This document shows positions 10,860 through 21,687 of a DNA stretch of 27,596 nt, one piece after another (position 1 is the stretch's first letter; the number at the start of each line of letters is the position of its first letter). The DNA is taken from contig NW_021833324.1 in NCBI RefSeq assembly GCF_006345805.1, positions 1 to 27,596 of the forward strand. Reading direction: 5' to 3'. The notes under the pieces are model-generated. The model had not been told where the DNA came from and made no database searches. It saw only the letters and a list, made by a program, of their open reading frames with translations. Made by a program: the position numbers and the translations under genes. Source of the DNA: Octopus sinensis (taxonomy: Eukaryota).

Positions 10860-12665
10860 TGTCGTCACCCACGTACACGTGGACGTACCCACGACCAATG
10901 CTGGAAGGATGCCACGAGATACACGTGGTTGGTACTGCGACGTGGTCCGTCCCGTAAATTCCCGAAAGAAGGAAACTGCGGCGAGTATAAAGTAGGGGCC
11001 GCCAGTAGAAGGGTTGCGCTAGCTGCCCGTTGCTCCGCCGCCCTACCGTGCCCGATCTAGTAAGGCTGATGCGAACCTCGCGGTATCGCCTTCGTACACG
11101 TGGACGTACACGCGACCGATGCCGGAAGGATGTCACGAGATACACGCTGTCGATACAGAGACGTAGTCCGCCCCGTAAAATCCCGAAAGATGGCAACTGC
11201 GGCGAGTACAAAGTAGAGGCCGCCAGCGGCAGGGTTGCGCCAGGCCTGCGCCAATCGCCCGGAGCTCCGCCGCCCTGCCGTGCCCGAAATCGAAAGAACG
11301 AACCTAAGCTCGCGGTATCGCCACGTAAACCTGGACGTACACGCGACCGATGCCGGAAGGATGTCACGAGATACACGCTGTCGATACAGAGACGTAGTCC
11401 GCCCCGTAAAATCCCGAAAGATAGCAACTGCGGCGAGTATAAAGTAGAGGCCATCAGCGGCAGGGTTGCGCCAGGCCTGCGCCAATCGCCCGGAGCTCCG
11501 CCGCGTTACCGTGCCCGAAATCGAAAGAACGAACCTAAGCTCGGGGTATCGCCACGTAAACCTGGACGTACACGCGACCGATGCCGAAAGGATGTGATGA
11601 GATACACGCTGTCGATACAGAGACGTAGTCCGCCCCGTAAAATCCCGAAAGATGGCAACTGCGGCGAGTACAAAGTAGAGGCCGCCAGCGGCAGGGTTGC
11701 GCCAGGCCTGCGCCAATCGCCCGGAGCTCCGCCGCCCTGCCGTGCCCGAAATCGAAAGAACGAACCTAAGCTCGCGGTATCGCCACGTAAACCTGGACGT
11801 ACACGCGACCGATGCCGGAAGGATGTCACGAGATACACGCTGTCGATACAGAGACGTAGTCCGCCCCGTAAAATCCCGAAAGATAGCAACTGCGGCGAGT
11901 ATAAAGTAGAGGCCATCAGCGGCAGGGTTGCGCCAGGCCTGCGCCAATCGCCCGGAGCTCCGCCGCGTTACCGTGCCCGAAATCGAAAGAACGAACCTAA
12001 GCTCGGGGTATCGCCGAGTAAACCTGGACGTACACGCGACCGATGCCGAAAGGATGTGATGAGATACACGCTGTCGATACAGAGACGTGGTCCTTCCCGT
12101 AAAGTCCCGAAAGATGGAAACTGCGGCTAGAATAAGGTGGGGGGCCGCCATCGGCAGGGTGCGGCAGCCTCTCGGAGCTCCGCCGCCCTAATGTACCCGT
12201 TAGAACGAACAGAAGCTCGCGATGTCGTCCACGTACGCGTGGACGTACACGCGACCGTGTACCAGAGTTATCGACGAGGCACGAAGCGGCGAGTTCTGGG
12301 GTGAGTTCTCGGTATCGAGCTCGAGTGAGGCCGCTGTGTCGGCGGACGACACCGGACATTCTCGAAGCTAATGGTGTGACCCACGTAAACGTGGACGTAC
12401 CCGCGACCAATGCTGGAAGGATATCACGAGATACACGCTGTCGATACAGCAACGTGGTCCGTTCCGTAAATTCCCGAAAGATGGAAACTGCGGCTAGTAT
12501 AAAGTAGGGGCCGCCAGCGGCAGGGCTGCGCAAGGCCTGCACCAGTCGCCCGTTGCTCCGCCGCGTTACCGTGCCCGAAATCGAAAGAACGAACCTAAGC
12601 TCGCGGTATCGCCCGAGTACACGTGGACGTACCCGCGACCGAGGTCGGAAAAGTATCACGAGATA
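10860..12665. repeat. 231-bp GC-rich tandem array with a 462-bp dimeric higher-order repeat
   Basis: ggacgtac at 10881, 11102, 11333, 11564, 11795, 12026, 12241, 12393 and 12625. Diagnostic variants alternate (gatggc/gatagc, gccgcc/gccatc). Confidence 0.95.
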
Positions 12666-12692
12666 TACCACACAGCCACTCCTGCACCTATA
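12666..12692 (-). mobile_element. 5' head (~25 bp) of SINE family A
   Basis: taccacacagccactcctgcaccta is the reverse complement of the head at 18013-18037 with one mismatch. Confidence 0.7.
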
Positions 12693-13032
12693 TTCATTTT
12701 TCTGCATTTAACACAGCTGAGACGCCGTACACTCACACATGTATGTGCATGTATACACATAAATATATATGTTTATATATGCAATAGAAATATGCACGCA
12801 TATGTATGTATAAGTTTATATATATATATACACACATTATATTAATACATACATTTTTATACTTATTTACGTGTATATATACACATGTTAGCACATATGT
12901 ATATCTATCTATACACACACACACACACACACACACAGATTATATATATATTATATATATATATATATATATAATGTATATATGTGTGAGTCTGTATATA
13001 TGTATGTATGCATGTATCTATATATATATATA

Positions 13033-13262
13033 TTTGTTTACTACCCACAAGGGGCTAAACATAGAGGGGACAAACAAGGACAGACAAAGGAATTAAGTCG
13101 ATTACATCGACCCCAGTGCGAAACTGGTACTTAATTTATCGACCCCGAAAGGATGAAAGGCAAAGTCGACCTCGGCGGAATTTGAACTCAGAGCGTAACG
13201 GCAGACGAAATACGTCTACGCATTTCGCCCGGTGTGCTAACGTGTCTGCCAGCTCGCCGCCT
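13033..13262 (-). mobile_element. Full-length tRNA-derived SINE, family B
   Basis: Minus strand: ggcggcgagcTGGCAGACACGTTAGC (A-box-like) ... GAGTTCAAATTCC (B-box), then gtcgactttgcctttcatcctttcggggtcgataaattaagtacc and the tail. Confidence 0.85.
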
Positions 13263-13324
13263 TTTTATATATATATGCGGATATATTGTATGTGTAAGCA
13301 TATGTATATGCATTTATACACATA

Positions 13325-13718
13325 CTAGCAGTATCGCCCGGCGTTACTCGGGTTTGTAAGGGAAATAATTATATAAGCATTTTTAGAGATGTAAAGTATA
13401 ATAGCCATCTCAATATGGCTAACCACAAAGGGGGAGGGGTGTTACTGTAGCTTTTTACGTTCTGAGATTTAATAATAAATTTTAGAGAGTTACTTCCCTT
13501 ATATATGTCAAAAATGGATTAAAAATGGGAAAAATTGATGGTAAATTTTTTTTTAATCGTAGACTCATCGTAGACGCGCGCTAATACCCAGACGGTCTGG
13601 ATATGAATCACGACTATAAGATACCCGGTTTTGGTTAAACTGCACCACAAAATGTGGGAGTAGTTAGGAATCTAAATCGTAGGAGACAGACACACAACCT
13701 CACTTTTATATATAAAGA
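13325..13718 (-). mobile_element. Non-autonomous Helitron-like element, family 1, apparently complete
   Basis: Minus strand A|TC... start at 13718, subterminal CCCG..CGGG hairpin, CTAG end at 13325-28 followed by T (A|T target). Confidence 0.8.
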
Positions 13719-13811
13719 TTTCCTCTATTTACATAATATTGAGGTCTCTTTCTTTCTTTTGTTATCTTACTGTTTTTACCAATATACATATATATATATA
13801 AATATATATAT

Positions 13812-14135
13812 AGTTACAGAGATGTACTTGCATAGCAAGTGACTTGATCTGAGATCGTGTGCTGGAGCGAAAACAGTTGCAGCGTTGAAGGTGTTTATAA
13901 GCCATTTAAGAAACACACAAAAACCGTTAGATTCACTTCAACATTTAAATTAAATTTGTCAAAATATTTTCGTTGCTTTGAGACCGCGACCTGTTAGCAC
14001 GATATTTTTATCAGTGAACAGGTCGCGGTCTCAAAGCGACGAAAATATTTTGGCAAATTAAATTTAAATGTTGAAGTGAATGTAACGGTTTTTGTGTGTT
14101 TCTTAAATGGCTTACAAACACCTTCCACGCTGCAA
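13812..14135. mobile_element. Second probable Penelope-like element end in inverted arrangement; ~119-bp arms 13877-13995 / 14017-14135
   Basis: Arms are reverse complements with about 6 mismatches. The left side extends ~65 bp further and the centre abuts the hammerhead core. Confidence 0.6.
14007..14057 (+). ncRNA. Minimal type I hammerhead ribozyme motif with G3-C8 core variant
   Basis: Core GUGAACA 14014-20, extra G, stem II GUCGC/GCGAC, GAAA 14041-44, palindromic AAUAUU stem III 14044-49, U17. Stem I UUUAUCA/UGGCAAA has one mismatch; the other arm preserves UGACAAA. Confidence 0.6.
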
Positions 14136-14214
14136 TATATATATACACACATATATATATATGTATGTATGTATGTGTGTATATGTGTATGCATGTATGT
14201 GTGTGTGTGTGTGT

Positions 14215-14435
14215 GCGTGTCTGTGCTTGTGATTGTCCTCCACCACTGCTTGACAACGAATGTTGGTTTGTTTACATCCCTGTCACCTAGTGGTTTGACA
14301 AAGGAAACAGATAGAATAAGTACTATGCTTACAAAAATAAAACTGGAGTTGATTCATTAAACTACAATTCTTCAAGGCATTGCCCCAGCATGGCCACAGA
14401 GCAATGGCTGGAAAAAGCAGAAGAATAAAAGAATT
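14215..14435 (+). mobile_element. Diverged 3' half of SINE family A
   Basis: cttgacaacgaatgttggt...gatagaataagtact...ccagcatggccacagagcaatggctggaaaaag. Confidence 0.6.
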
Positions 14436-14439
14436 GAGG

Positions 14440-14620
14440 GGGACCTCTACATGGTAGCTAGACCTGGTAGAAATAGCAGCAAAATTCCCCCAAATCACAC
14501 CTTACTGTCTTATCTATGTATATATGTATGTATGAGCCTAGGGGAGACCTCTACATGGCAGCTAGACATGGTAGAAATAGCAGCCAAATCTCCCTCAAAT
14601 CACACCTTACTGTCTTATCT
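14440..14620. repeat. ~102-bp tandem pair of a dispersed repeat (ctagaaatagcagccaaatctccctcaaatcacacc type)
   Basis: Two copies; related motifs at ~291, ~4920, ~6110 and ~19921. Confidence 0.7.
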
Positions 14621-15115
14621 TTCTGCTACTTGGATATAGGTGTTATATTCGTCTAAAAAAACTTTCCTGTCACACACTCACGTACACGCACACACACACA
14701 CACACACACACACGCGCGCGCACCGTCACACACACACACACGCGCACACACACACACACACACGCACGTTAGCTTACAATTTTATTTATATATTTGCGTG
14801 TGTATGTGTGGAAATGGAAGTGGGAGGCAGAGTGAAAGAATCACTCACCACAGTAAGTGAATTAGTTTCATTTTATTCGTTGCCCACTGTGTGTGTGCGT
14901 TTGCGTGTGGTGTAAACCAGACTAAGAAAAGCATTTGACACACACACCAGAATGTGAGTTTTCTGTAAATTTTGCTTAATTGGAGTTTAAATTTTAAAAA
15001 CTGGACCTGGCATGACGCGATGCATTGTACTCTTAAAAATGCCAGATAAATTGTAATTGAAGAAATCCTATATTGTAGATTTGTATAACTCCCAAAGGGA
15101 GGCAGATAAAATCTG

Positions 15116-15727
15116 CTCGGGTTTGTAAGGGAAATAACTATATAAGCATATTTAGAGAGTTATAGCCAAAAAATAGCAAAAAATGCATTAAAAATGGAAA
15201 AAATATGATGGTAAATTTTTTTTAAATCGTTGACTCATCGTAGACATTTTTAGAGAGTTACTTCCCTTATATAATAGCGAAAAATGCATTAAAATGGAAA
15301 AAAAACGATGGTAATTTTTTTTTTAAATCGTAGACTCATGTAGACGCTTTCTTAGCCATTTCTGTTTTGGTGTCTTCAAGCCATGAAGTCGTTGTTCTAA
15401 AAGAACACTGGTCTCCTTGACAACGCATTACGACGTTGATTTCCTTACACTCCCTTCCCCACAGGTGCAGGTGTGAGCGTGGACGCCAACTCCGCCGCCA
15501 TCGACACACGAAAAATTATGCATTAAAAATGGAAAAAAAATGATGTTAAATTATTTTTAAATCGTAGACTCATCGTAGACGCGCGCTAATATTCAGACGG
15601 GCTCGACATGAATCACGACTATAAGCTACCCGAATTTGGTTAAACTGTACCGCAAAATGTGGGAGTAGTTAGGAATCTAAATCGAAGGGGACAGACACTC
15701 ACACAACTACAGTTTTATATATATAGA
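15116..15727 (-). mobile_element. Helitron-like family 1 copy lacking its 3' end, with internal subrepeats and ~150 bp of extra sequence
   Basis: Same 5' end (ttttatatatatagat) and body as 13325-13718; three aaaatgcattaaaa...aaatcgtagactc subrepeats. Confidence 0.75.
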
Positions 15728-15744
15728 TATACATAGCGCAGTAG

Positions 15745-16112
15745 TGGTGAGATATGACAGCAAAGAAAAGCATACATTCACTCTCTGCATGCAATTAGAC
15801 TCGGAAAGTTCGTGAGGAACCCATTGACCCAATTTGCTGACTTTTCCGATAGCACACAGGTGTCAATGAATGGTTGAATGACCAAATCCAAGCTTCTCTG
15901 CTTGTTCCTCAACAGTTACGATGATATTTTGTTCCACCAGGGTTTTCAGGATGTCCTTGTCGAGTTCTACAGATCTTTCAGGATGAGGCTCGTCTTCTAG
16001 GTTGTAGTTTATGGCTCGGGATTTCTGGAACCACCATTGACACTGCCTTACGCTTATTGTCCAATCCCCATATACTGCATAAATATTTCTTGTACTTTGC
16101 ACACATTTATAT
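15745..16112 (-). pseudogene. Decayed mariner (Tc1/mariner) transposase fragment: N-terminal HTH region and WVPHEL motif
   Basis: Translation STRNIYAVYGDWTISVRQCQWWFQKSRAINYNLEDEPHPERSVELDKDILKTLVEQNIIVTVEEQAEKLGFGHSTIH*HLCAIGKVSKLGQWVPHELSESNCMQRVNVC. WVPHEL is at 15806-15823, with an in-frame TGA at 15863-15865. No DD34D region or TIRs seen. Confidence 0.93.
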
Positions 16113-16405
16113 TCTGTTATTCTTTTATATGTTTCAGCCTTGAGGTTGTGGCCATGCTGGATCATGTGTGTGTGTTGTTGTGTGTGGTGTTGTGTGTGTC
16201 TATCTGTCTGTATGTATATATGTATATGTATGTGTGTGAACAATAATATTTTCAACAGATGTGTTGCAAATGTATCTGATTGTTCTCAAGCTTCAATACT
16301 GTGTGTGTGTGTATGTGTGTGTGTGTGTATGTATGTATGTATATGTATGTATGTATGTATATGTATGTATGTATGTATGTGTGTATGTATGTGTGTGTGT
16401 ATGTA

Positions 16406-16440
<35 letters not shown>

Positions 16441-16896
16441 ATGTATGTATGTATGTATGTATGTATGTATGTATGTATGAGTGTATGTTTACTTTATTAC
16501 TAATTACTCTCTTCCAAGAACATTTTCACTCACTCTTAGCTCTTAGCTTCCCATACATTTTACTCATGTATCTATCATCGTCATAGACAGAATACTTTCA
16601 CTTAAGACTTCCTCAAATCACTGTCTATTTACTTTCATTTTATTCGTTGCCCACTGTGTGTGTGCGTTTGCGTGTGGTGTAAACCAGACTAAGAAAAGCA
16701 TTTGACACACACACCAGAATGTGAGTTTTCTGTAAATTTTGCTTAATTGGAGTTTAAATTTTAAAAACTGGACCTGGCATGACGCGATGCATTGTACTCT
16801 CAAAAATGCTAGGTAAATTGTAATTGAAGAAATCCTATATTGTAGATTTGTATAACTCCCAAAGGGAGGCAGATAAAATCTGCCTTTTATAATAAA

Positions 16897-17167
16897 CTAG
16901 CAGTATCGCCCGGCGTGCTCGGGTTGTAAGGGAAATAACTATATAAGCATTTTTAGAGAGTTATAGCCAAAAATAGCAAAAAATGCATTAAAAATTGAAA
17001 AAAAATTAAGGTAAATTTTTCTTTAAATCGTTGACACATCGTAGATATTTTTAGAGAGTTACTTCCTTATAAAAAAGCGAAAAAATGCATTAAAATTAAA
17101 AAATATGATGGTAATTTTTTTTTTAAATCGTAGACTCATCGTAGACGCGCGCTAATACCCAAAGGGC
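16897..17167 (-). mobile_element. Helitron-like family 1, 3' part
   Basis: ctagcagtatcgcccggcgtgctcggg end; 5'-truncated. Confidence 0.75.
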
Positions 17168-17659
17168 TCGTTTGTTATTCTGGGTAACTTCTGTAAAATT
17201 ATTAAAATTTTGTTCAAACATCGCTATAGAAAATGGGTTATTAGCTATATTCAATTGGGTATACAACAAAATTTTACGATAGAATTGTTATTCTGGGTAA
17301 CTTTCTGATACCCATAATAAATTTATGGCAAAATAGGCCTTAATTTCATTTAAGGTTGAGGGAAATAACAAACTATCCTTTCTTTCGGTTTGTTTACGTT
17401 TAGCGTAATGATTTCAAATAGGCTCATTCGAAAAAGTAAATAGAAATAGTGTAAGGCTTTACTCTTCTGGGAAAGTCTGTGGCTTGGTCCATTTTCTTCA
17501 GAAAACTCACCAAAGAAACAGTTTTTAAATTTTCACTCCATTCAGGTGCCAATTCGTTTTTTTATCGCTGTCGGATTCACTGTTTTCACTTTAATAGCTG
17601 CAAACTTGCAAAGACAAAGGAGGAGAAGGGTGATAGCGTCAGTGAAACAATTCGCTCCT

Positions 17660-17901
17660 TTGTGTGTGTGTGCGTTTGCGTGTGGTGTAACCAGACTAAG
17701 AAAAGCATTTGACACACACACCAGAATGTGAGTTTTCTGTAAATTTTGCTTAATTGGAGTTTAAATTTTAAAAACTGGACCTGGCATGACGCGATGCACT
17801 GTACTCTTAAAACTGCTAGGTAAATTGTAATTGAAGAAATCCTATATTGTAGATTTCTATAACTCCCAAATGGAGGCAGATAAAATCTGCCTTTTATAAT
17901 A

Positions 17902-17906
<5 letters not shown>
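17660..17906 (-). mobile_element. Helitron-like family 2 (related copies at 14866-15115, 16633-16895 and 717-804)
   Basis: Minus-strand start A|TCTCTTATTATAAAA followed by the hairpin GGCAGAT-TTT-ATCTGCC; near-identical ~250-bp copies. No 3' CTAG identified. Confidence 0.55.
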
Positions 17907-17944
<38 letters not shown>

Positions 17945-17960
17945 TGTATGTATGTATGTA

Positions 17961-18012
<52 letters not shown>

Positions 18013-18015
<3 letters not shown>

Positions 18016-18405
18016 GCGCAGGAGTGGCTGTGTGGTAAGTAGCTTGTTTACCAACCACATGGTTCCGGGTACAGTCCCACTGCGTGGCATCTTGGGCAAG
18101 TGTCTTCTACTATTGCCTCGGGCCGACCAAAGCCCTGTGAGTGGATTTGTTTGATGGAAACTGAAAGAAGCCCGTCGTATATATTTATATATATATATGA
18201 GTGTGTGTGTGTGTCTGTGTTTGTCCCCCTAGCATTGCTTGACAACCGATGTTTACGTCCCCGTTACTTAGCGGTTCGGCAAAACAGACCGATAGAATAA
18301 GTACTAGGCTTACAAAAGAAAAAGTCCCGGGATCGAGTTGCTCGATAAAGGCGGTGCTCCAGCTTGGCCGCAGCCAAATGACTGAAACAAGTAAAAGAGT
18401 AAAAG
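18013..18405 (+). mobile_element. Full-length tRNA-derived SINE, family A (OR2-like, CORE-type)
   Basis: A-box-like TGGCTGTGTGG, B-box-like GGTACAGTCCC, CORE-like ATCTTGGGCAAGT, internal microsatellite, tail TGACTGAAACAAGTAAAAGA. Many partial copies in the window. Confidence 0.85.
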
Positions 18406-18539
18406 GATATATATATATACATAAATAGATATATACATAAAAAGATAGACAGATAGAGAGATAGATGGCTAGATAGATAGGGGAAAGAGTCAAACAGACA
18501 TATATATATATATACATAAATATATATATATATATATAA

Positions 18540-18582
<43 letters not shown>

Positions 18583-18590
18583 ATATATAT

Positions 18591-18643
<53 letters not shown>

Positions 18644-19093
18644 GAGGAGTGAGAGGCAGAAAGTGACGTTCCCGGATACCAACACACACACACAACATCA
18701 CACATAAATACACACACACGCACAAACATAAACAGGCGTGTATACACACACACACAGACACACCGATACACACCCCAGACATCATTCGTCTTATGTGTAT
18801 ACATGTGTATATACTCCACCCTCTCTCTCTCCCCCTTTCTCTCTCTATAGACGTATGTAATATTCATACACACTTACATATATAAATATTTACCTGCTTA
18901 TGTACATACATAAATACATACATATACACACATCCGTTAGTTTTCCTTTCTTTTTCACGTCCAAATTAATTATAATTCCTAATTAATGACTTAATTGTGA
19001 GACCTTAATGTCATTTAACTTATTTAATTCATAAAAATGCTGACAATGTCTCTTTGATTTTAAATAAATAATTTAGACAAAGTTTTGTCTAAA

Positions 19094-19185
19094 TTTCCCG
19101 CCTTTTTCTCCACGTTTTTTGTCATTCAAATTAGCGTTGCTAGGCAACATATAGAAACAATTGAACGGGAAGCGGCAGAAGTTAT
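19094..19185. promoter_or_regulatory. Candidate promoter: E2F-type TTTCCCGC (19094) and RFX X-box GTTGCTAGGCAAC (19136-19148)
   Basis: Motifs match established consensus sites and lie in locally CpG-containing, non-repetitive sequence upstream of a good splice donor. Confidence 0.5.
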
Positions 19186-19292
19186 AGAGACTCCAGACTG
19201 GGCGGTTTGTGTGATACCAGACCAGAAATATCACCAGACACCCTTAAGCATGGGTTGTCACAGATGGATTTACCCGTCATCTTCTCTACGAG
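19170..19292 (+). other. Candidate first exon of an unidentified plus-strand gene
   Basis: Ends at the donor CGAG|GTATGC (19292/19293); ATGs at 19250 and 19264. No product recognisable. Confidence 0.35.
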
Positions 19293-19516
19293 GTATGCTT
19301 ATGTGTGTGCAAGAAGGCTACGTATAATAATGATGTATATTTATATTCCTATATAAATGTATTGGCAATCCTGAGTCGGAAATTATCCAATACCTGAAAT
19401 ATTCCAACATCTTTTGATATTTCTTTTTTAAACTTGTACATATACATGAATAAATGTATACACAAACACACATACATAATATATATATATACACACCTAC
19501 ATTTCTACAGTTATAT

Positions 19517-19564
<48 letters not shown>

Positions 19565-20708
19565 CATCCTGTGGCATAACTACAGATGAACACCCCATCG
19601 ACTTTGTTTCCTCATAACTTCCAGGAAGATGGATATTTTTAATGAAACTTCCACTTTCATTTTCTAAGAGAAAAGCATGCTCTCAAAAGAAATCCTCTTT
19701 TACAAAGCTCTTATTTAAATCCCTGTGGATAAATCCCAGCAAGAATCTTCTCAGGCTCTCCAATATTTTACAATTATATAAAGAGAAAGAATCGGGGGCC
19801 AGAAAGTGGGGCTAAAAATAATCAGAGATTTTTTAAATATTCTTTTTATTTTTTTATAACATAAATGTGTTTCTGAGGGAAAAAATGAGAAAAAAAAAAG
19901 AAGACAAGGAGGGTGGTGTGCTAGAAACAACAGCCAAATCTCCCTTAAATCACACACTTTTTCCCTCGAACCCTTACAAAACATTTTGCCAACAAATTTC
20001 TTTTTAATCGTAATCTACATCGTTTGAAAGTTATTTCTACCAAATTTCATTCAAAAATACCCATTTTTATACAAAAATACCTTTATACACATGTATATAC
20101 CTACATATACACACATGTCTTTGCTATGTTTTTTAAACACATAAAACTCATAGATGCATACTTTTATAATATTTTACACTTAAACCGCCACAGGACAATA
20201 TTTTCAGAGTTGCTTCTTAAAGTGTCCTTCACTTTTTTTATGACAAACGATACAAATTTCAGAGTATTTGGCTGTTATTTCTAGCATGATGTTAGGCCAT
20301 CTATAGGACAATATTTGACATGGATGCTTTGCAAATTGTCCTTGGATTTTTATTTGTGATGAGACAAGAATGTGAAGGTTTAGGTGGCTCTTTCTAGCAT
20401 GAAATGAGACCATATACAGGTCAATTTTATTTATGAATGCTTCTTATCTGTCCTTCAAATTTTATATGAAAAGTAAAGTGGTTTCTATTTCTAGCGTGAA
20501 AAATGACCAGCTATGGGAAAGCTTTTACTGAATGCTTCTTAAAGTGTCCTTCTCTTTTTTTATGAACCCCCAACAACAACCCTACGAGGACGAAAGGCAA
20601 TGTTTGTGCGTGTGTGCAGTTGGAATGTCACTGCAACAACAACAACAATCTATTCTTATTAAACGTTAAAAACTGTCAGATGCAGACTGCACACACGCAC
20701 GCACAACG

Positions 20709-20984
20709 CTGATGACGACGATGATGATGATGGTGATGATGGTGATGATGACGACGACGATGATGACGATGATGGTGATGATGATGATGATGACGACGAT
20801 GATGATGATGATGACGATGATGATGGCGATGATGGTGATGATGATGATGGTGATGATGACGACGATGATGATGATGATGACGATGATGGTGATGATGATG
20901 ATGGTGATGATGATGACGATGATGATGATGATGATGATGATGATGACGATGATGGTGATGATGATGATGATGACGATGATGACG

Positions 20985-21015
<31 letters not shown>

Positions 21016-21050
21016 CGATGATGATGGTGATGATGATGACGATGATGGTG

Positions 21051-21081
<31 letters not shown>

Positions 21082-21270
21082 CGATGATGATGGTGATGAT
21101 GATGACGATGATGATGGTGATGATGATGATGACGATGATGATGACGATGATGATGACGATGACGCGACCACGACGGCGGAGACGACGACCACGACGGCGT
21201 AGACGGCCACGACGACGACGGCGGAGACGACGACGGCGAAGACGGCCTCGACGACCACGACGACGGCGGC
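20709..21270. repeat. Compound trinucleotide microsatellite (GAT/GAC/GGT)n grading into GACG-rich variants
   Basis: Directly visible, ~560 bp. Confidence 0.95.
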
Positions 21271-21352
21271 GGTGGTCGTCTGCCTTTTAATGGAGAATCA
21301 ATGATTATGAAAGTCTCTGCTTTCGGACCAGACATTCCTATACATACATGCA

Positions 21353-21428
<76 letters not shown>

Positions 21429-21687
21429 CACAAACATACATACATATAGCCTTATTTCTATACATACATTCCTAAATATGTGTATATATATATATATAAA
21501 CACATGTACATATACTGTATATAAATATATACACACACACAAAGAGAGTGTGTTGAGGAATGTTACAACAATAAGTGTGTAGAATGCAATGTATGCGATG
21601 CAGGTTCGATTCCCAAGCGAAGCCATTTACAACAACAACAACAATAATAATAAGAAGAAGATTGAAGTTTAATATTTCTGGAAATAT

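Larger units (their letters stand above)
6788..12665. repeat. Composite CpG-rich tandem-repeat block (satellite or spacer-like)
   Basis: Abrupt change to GC/CpG-rich, microsatellite-free sequence containing four unrelated tandem families, bounded by SINE pieces. Confidence 0.85.

Noticed and set aside
6960-12665. Retrozyme (hammerhead) monomers in the tandem arrays
   Set aside because: GAAA/GAAG follows some hairpins, but I found no CUGANGA or covariant core on either strand.
10182-12707. ORFs of 130-366 aa on both strands as genes
   Set aside because: All are translations of GC-rich tandem repeats, overlap in several frames and show no recognisable domain.
16113-16255. N-terminal part of the 130-aa ORF 15863-16255 as transposase sequence
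   Set aside because: It derives from a SINE tail and CA microsatellite fused in frame to the mariner remnant.
21575-21625. tRNA gene suggested by GGTTCGATTCCC
   Set aside because: No acceptor, D or anticodon stems can be formed upstream; at most a decayed SINE or tRNA fragment.
20659-21626. Poly-Ser, poly-His and poly-Met ORFs (199, 316 and 192 aa)
   Set aside because: Different frames of one trinucleotide microsatellite.
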